Shown: piece after piece, positions 63,828-64,000 of the stretch
Layout of the letters: each line of letters opens with the position of its first letter
Numbering within the stretch: the first letter of the stretch is position 1
Assembly (NCBI GenBank): GCA_030264375.1
Contig: JASCQW010000122.1
Coordinates: 43,467,313 to 43,531,312, forward strand
Direction: 5' to 3'
Source: Carcharhinus longimanus
Taxonomy: Eukaryota
DNA length: 64,000 bases
Position numbers and translations under genes: made by a program
Notes under the pieces: model-generated
What the model was told of the DNA's origin: nothing
Seen by the model: the letters and a program-made list of their open reading frames with translations, nothing else
The model's database searches: none

Positions 63828-64000
63828 TATAGAATCATAGAATCTCTACAGGGCCATTCAGCCCATCAAGCCTACACTGACAACAGTTCCACCCTGGCCC
63901 TATTCCTGTAACCCCCACATAGTTACCCTCTTAATCCCCCTGACATCCCCCTAACTCTAAGAAGCAATTTAGCATAGCCAATCAACCTAATCCACACATT
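63828..64000 (-). mobile_element. HE1-type SINE 3' part, running off the window
   Basis: atagaatcatagaa tail and caatttagcatagccaatcaacctaa V-domain. Confidence 0.8.

Noticed and set aside
1-64000. Prokaryotic-type systems (CRISPR arrays, operons, defence loci)
   Set aside because: The sequence is an intron-rich vertebrate locus; no regularly spaced repeat-spacer array or dense ORF structure is present.

Overview
Vertebrate genomic DNA, very probably an elasmobranch (shark), judged from abundant HE1-type V-SINEs, CR1/L2 LINEs and a Deu-domain SINE. The window holds coding exons 2-7 of a type II pantothenate kinase gene on the + strand, assigned to PANK1 (26687-57907). The mir-107 hairpin lies in intron 5 and a long 3' UTR runs to about 60700. 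The first coding exon was not found and probably lies upstream. The rest is mostly decayed transposable elements: many CR1/L2 fragments, a hAT DNA transposon with TIRs and an 8-bp TSD, an internally deleted Gypsy (Gmr1-like) LTR element, Rex1/Babar ends and Penelope-like ends carrying hammerhead cores. The most unusual signal is a dispersed repeat derived from spliceosomal snRNA, present in three copies (14.5 kb, 50.6 kb, 62.4 kb). It is colinear with U2 snRNA, but the branch-point recognition sequence is replaced by a new hairpin. The intron-5 copy is preceded by stacked U1-derived pieces. This resembles the crocodilian SINEU class, which I do not know to be described in sharks. All alignments were made by eye against sequences recalled from memory, and repeat boundaries are approximate.
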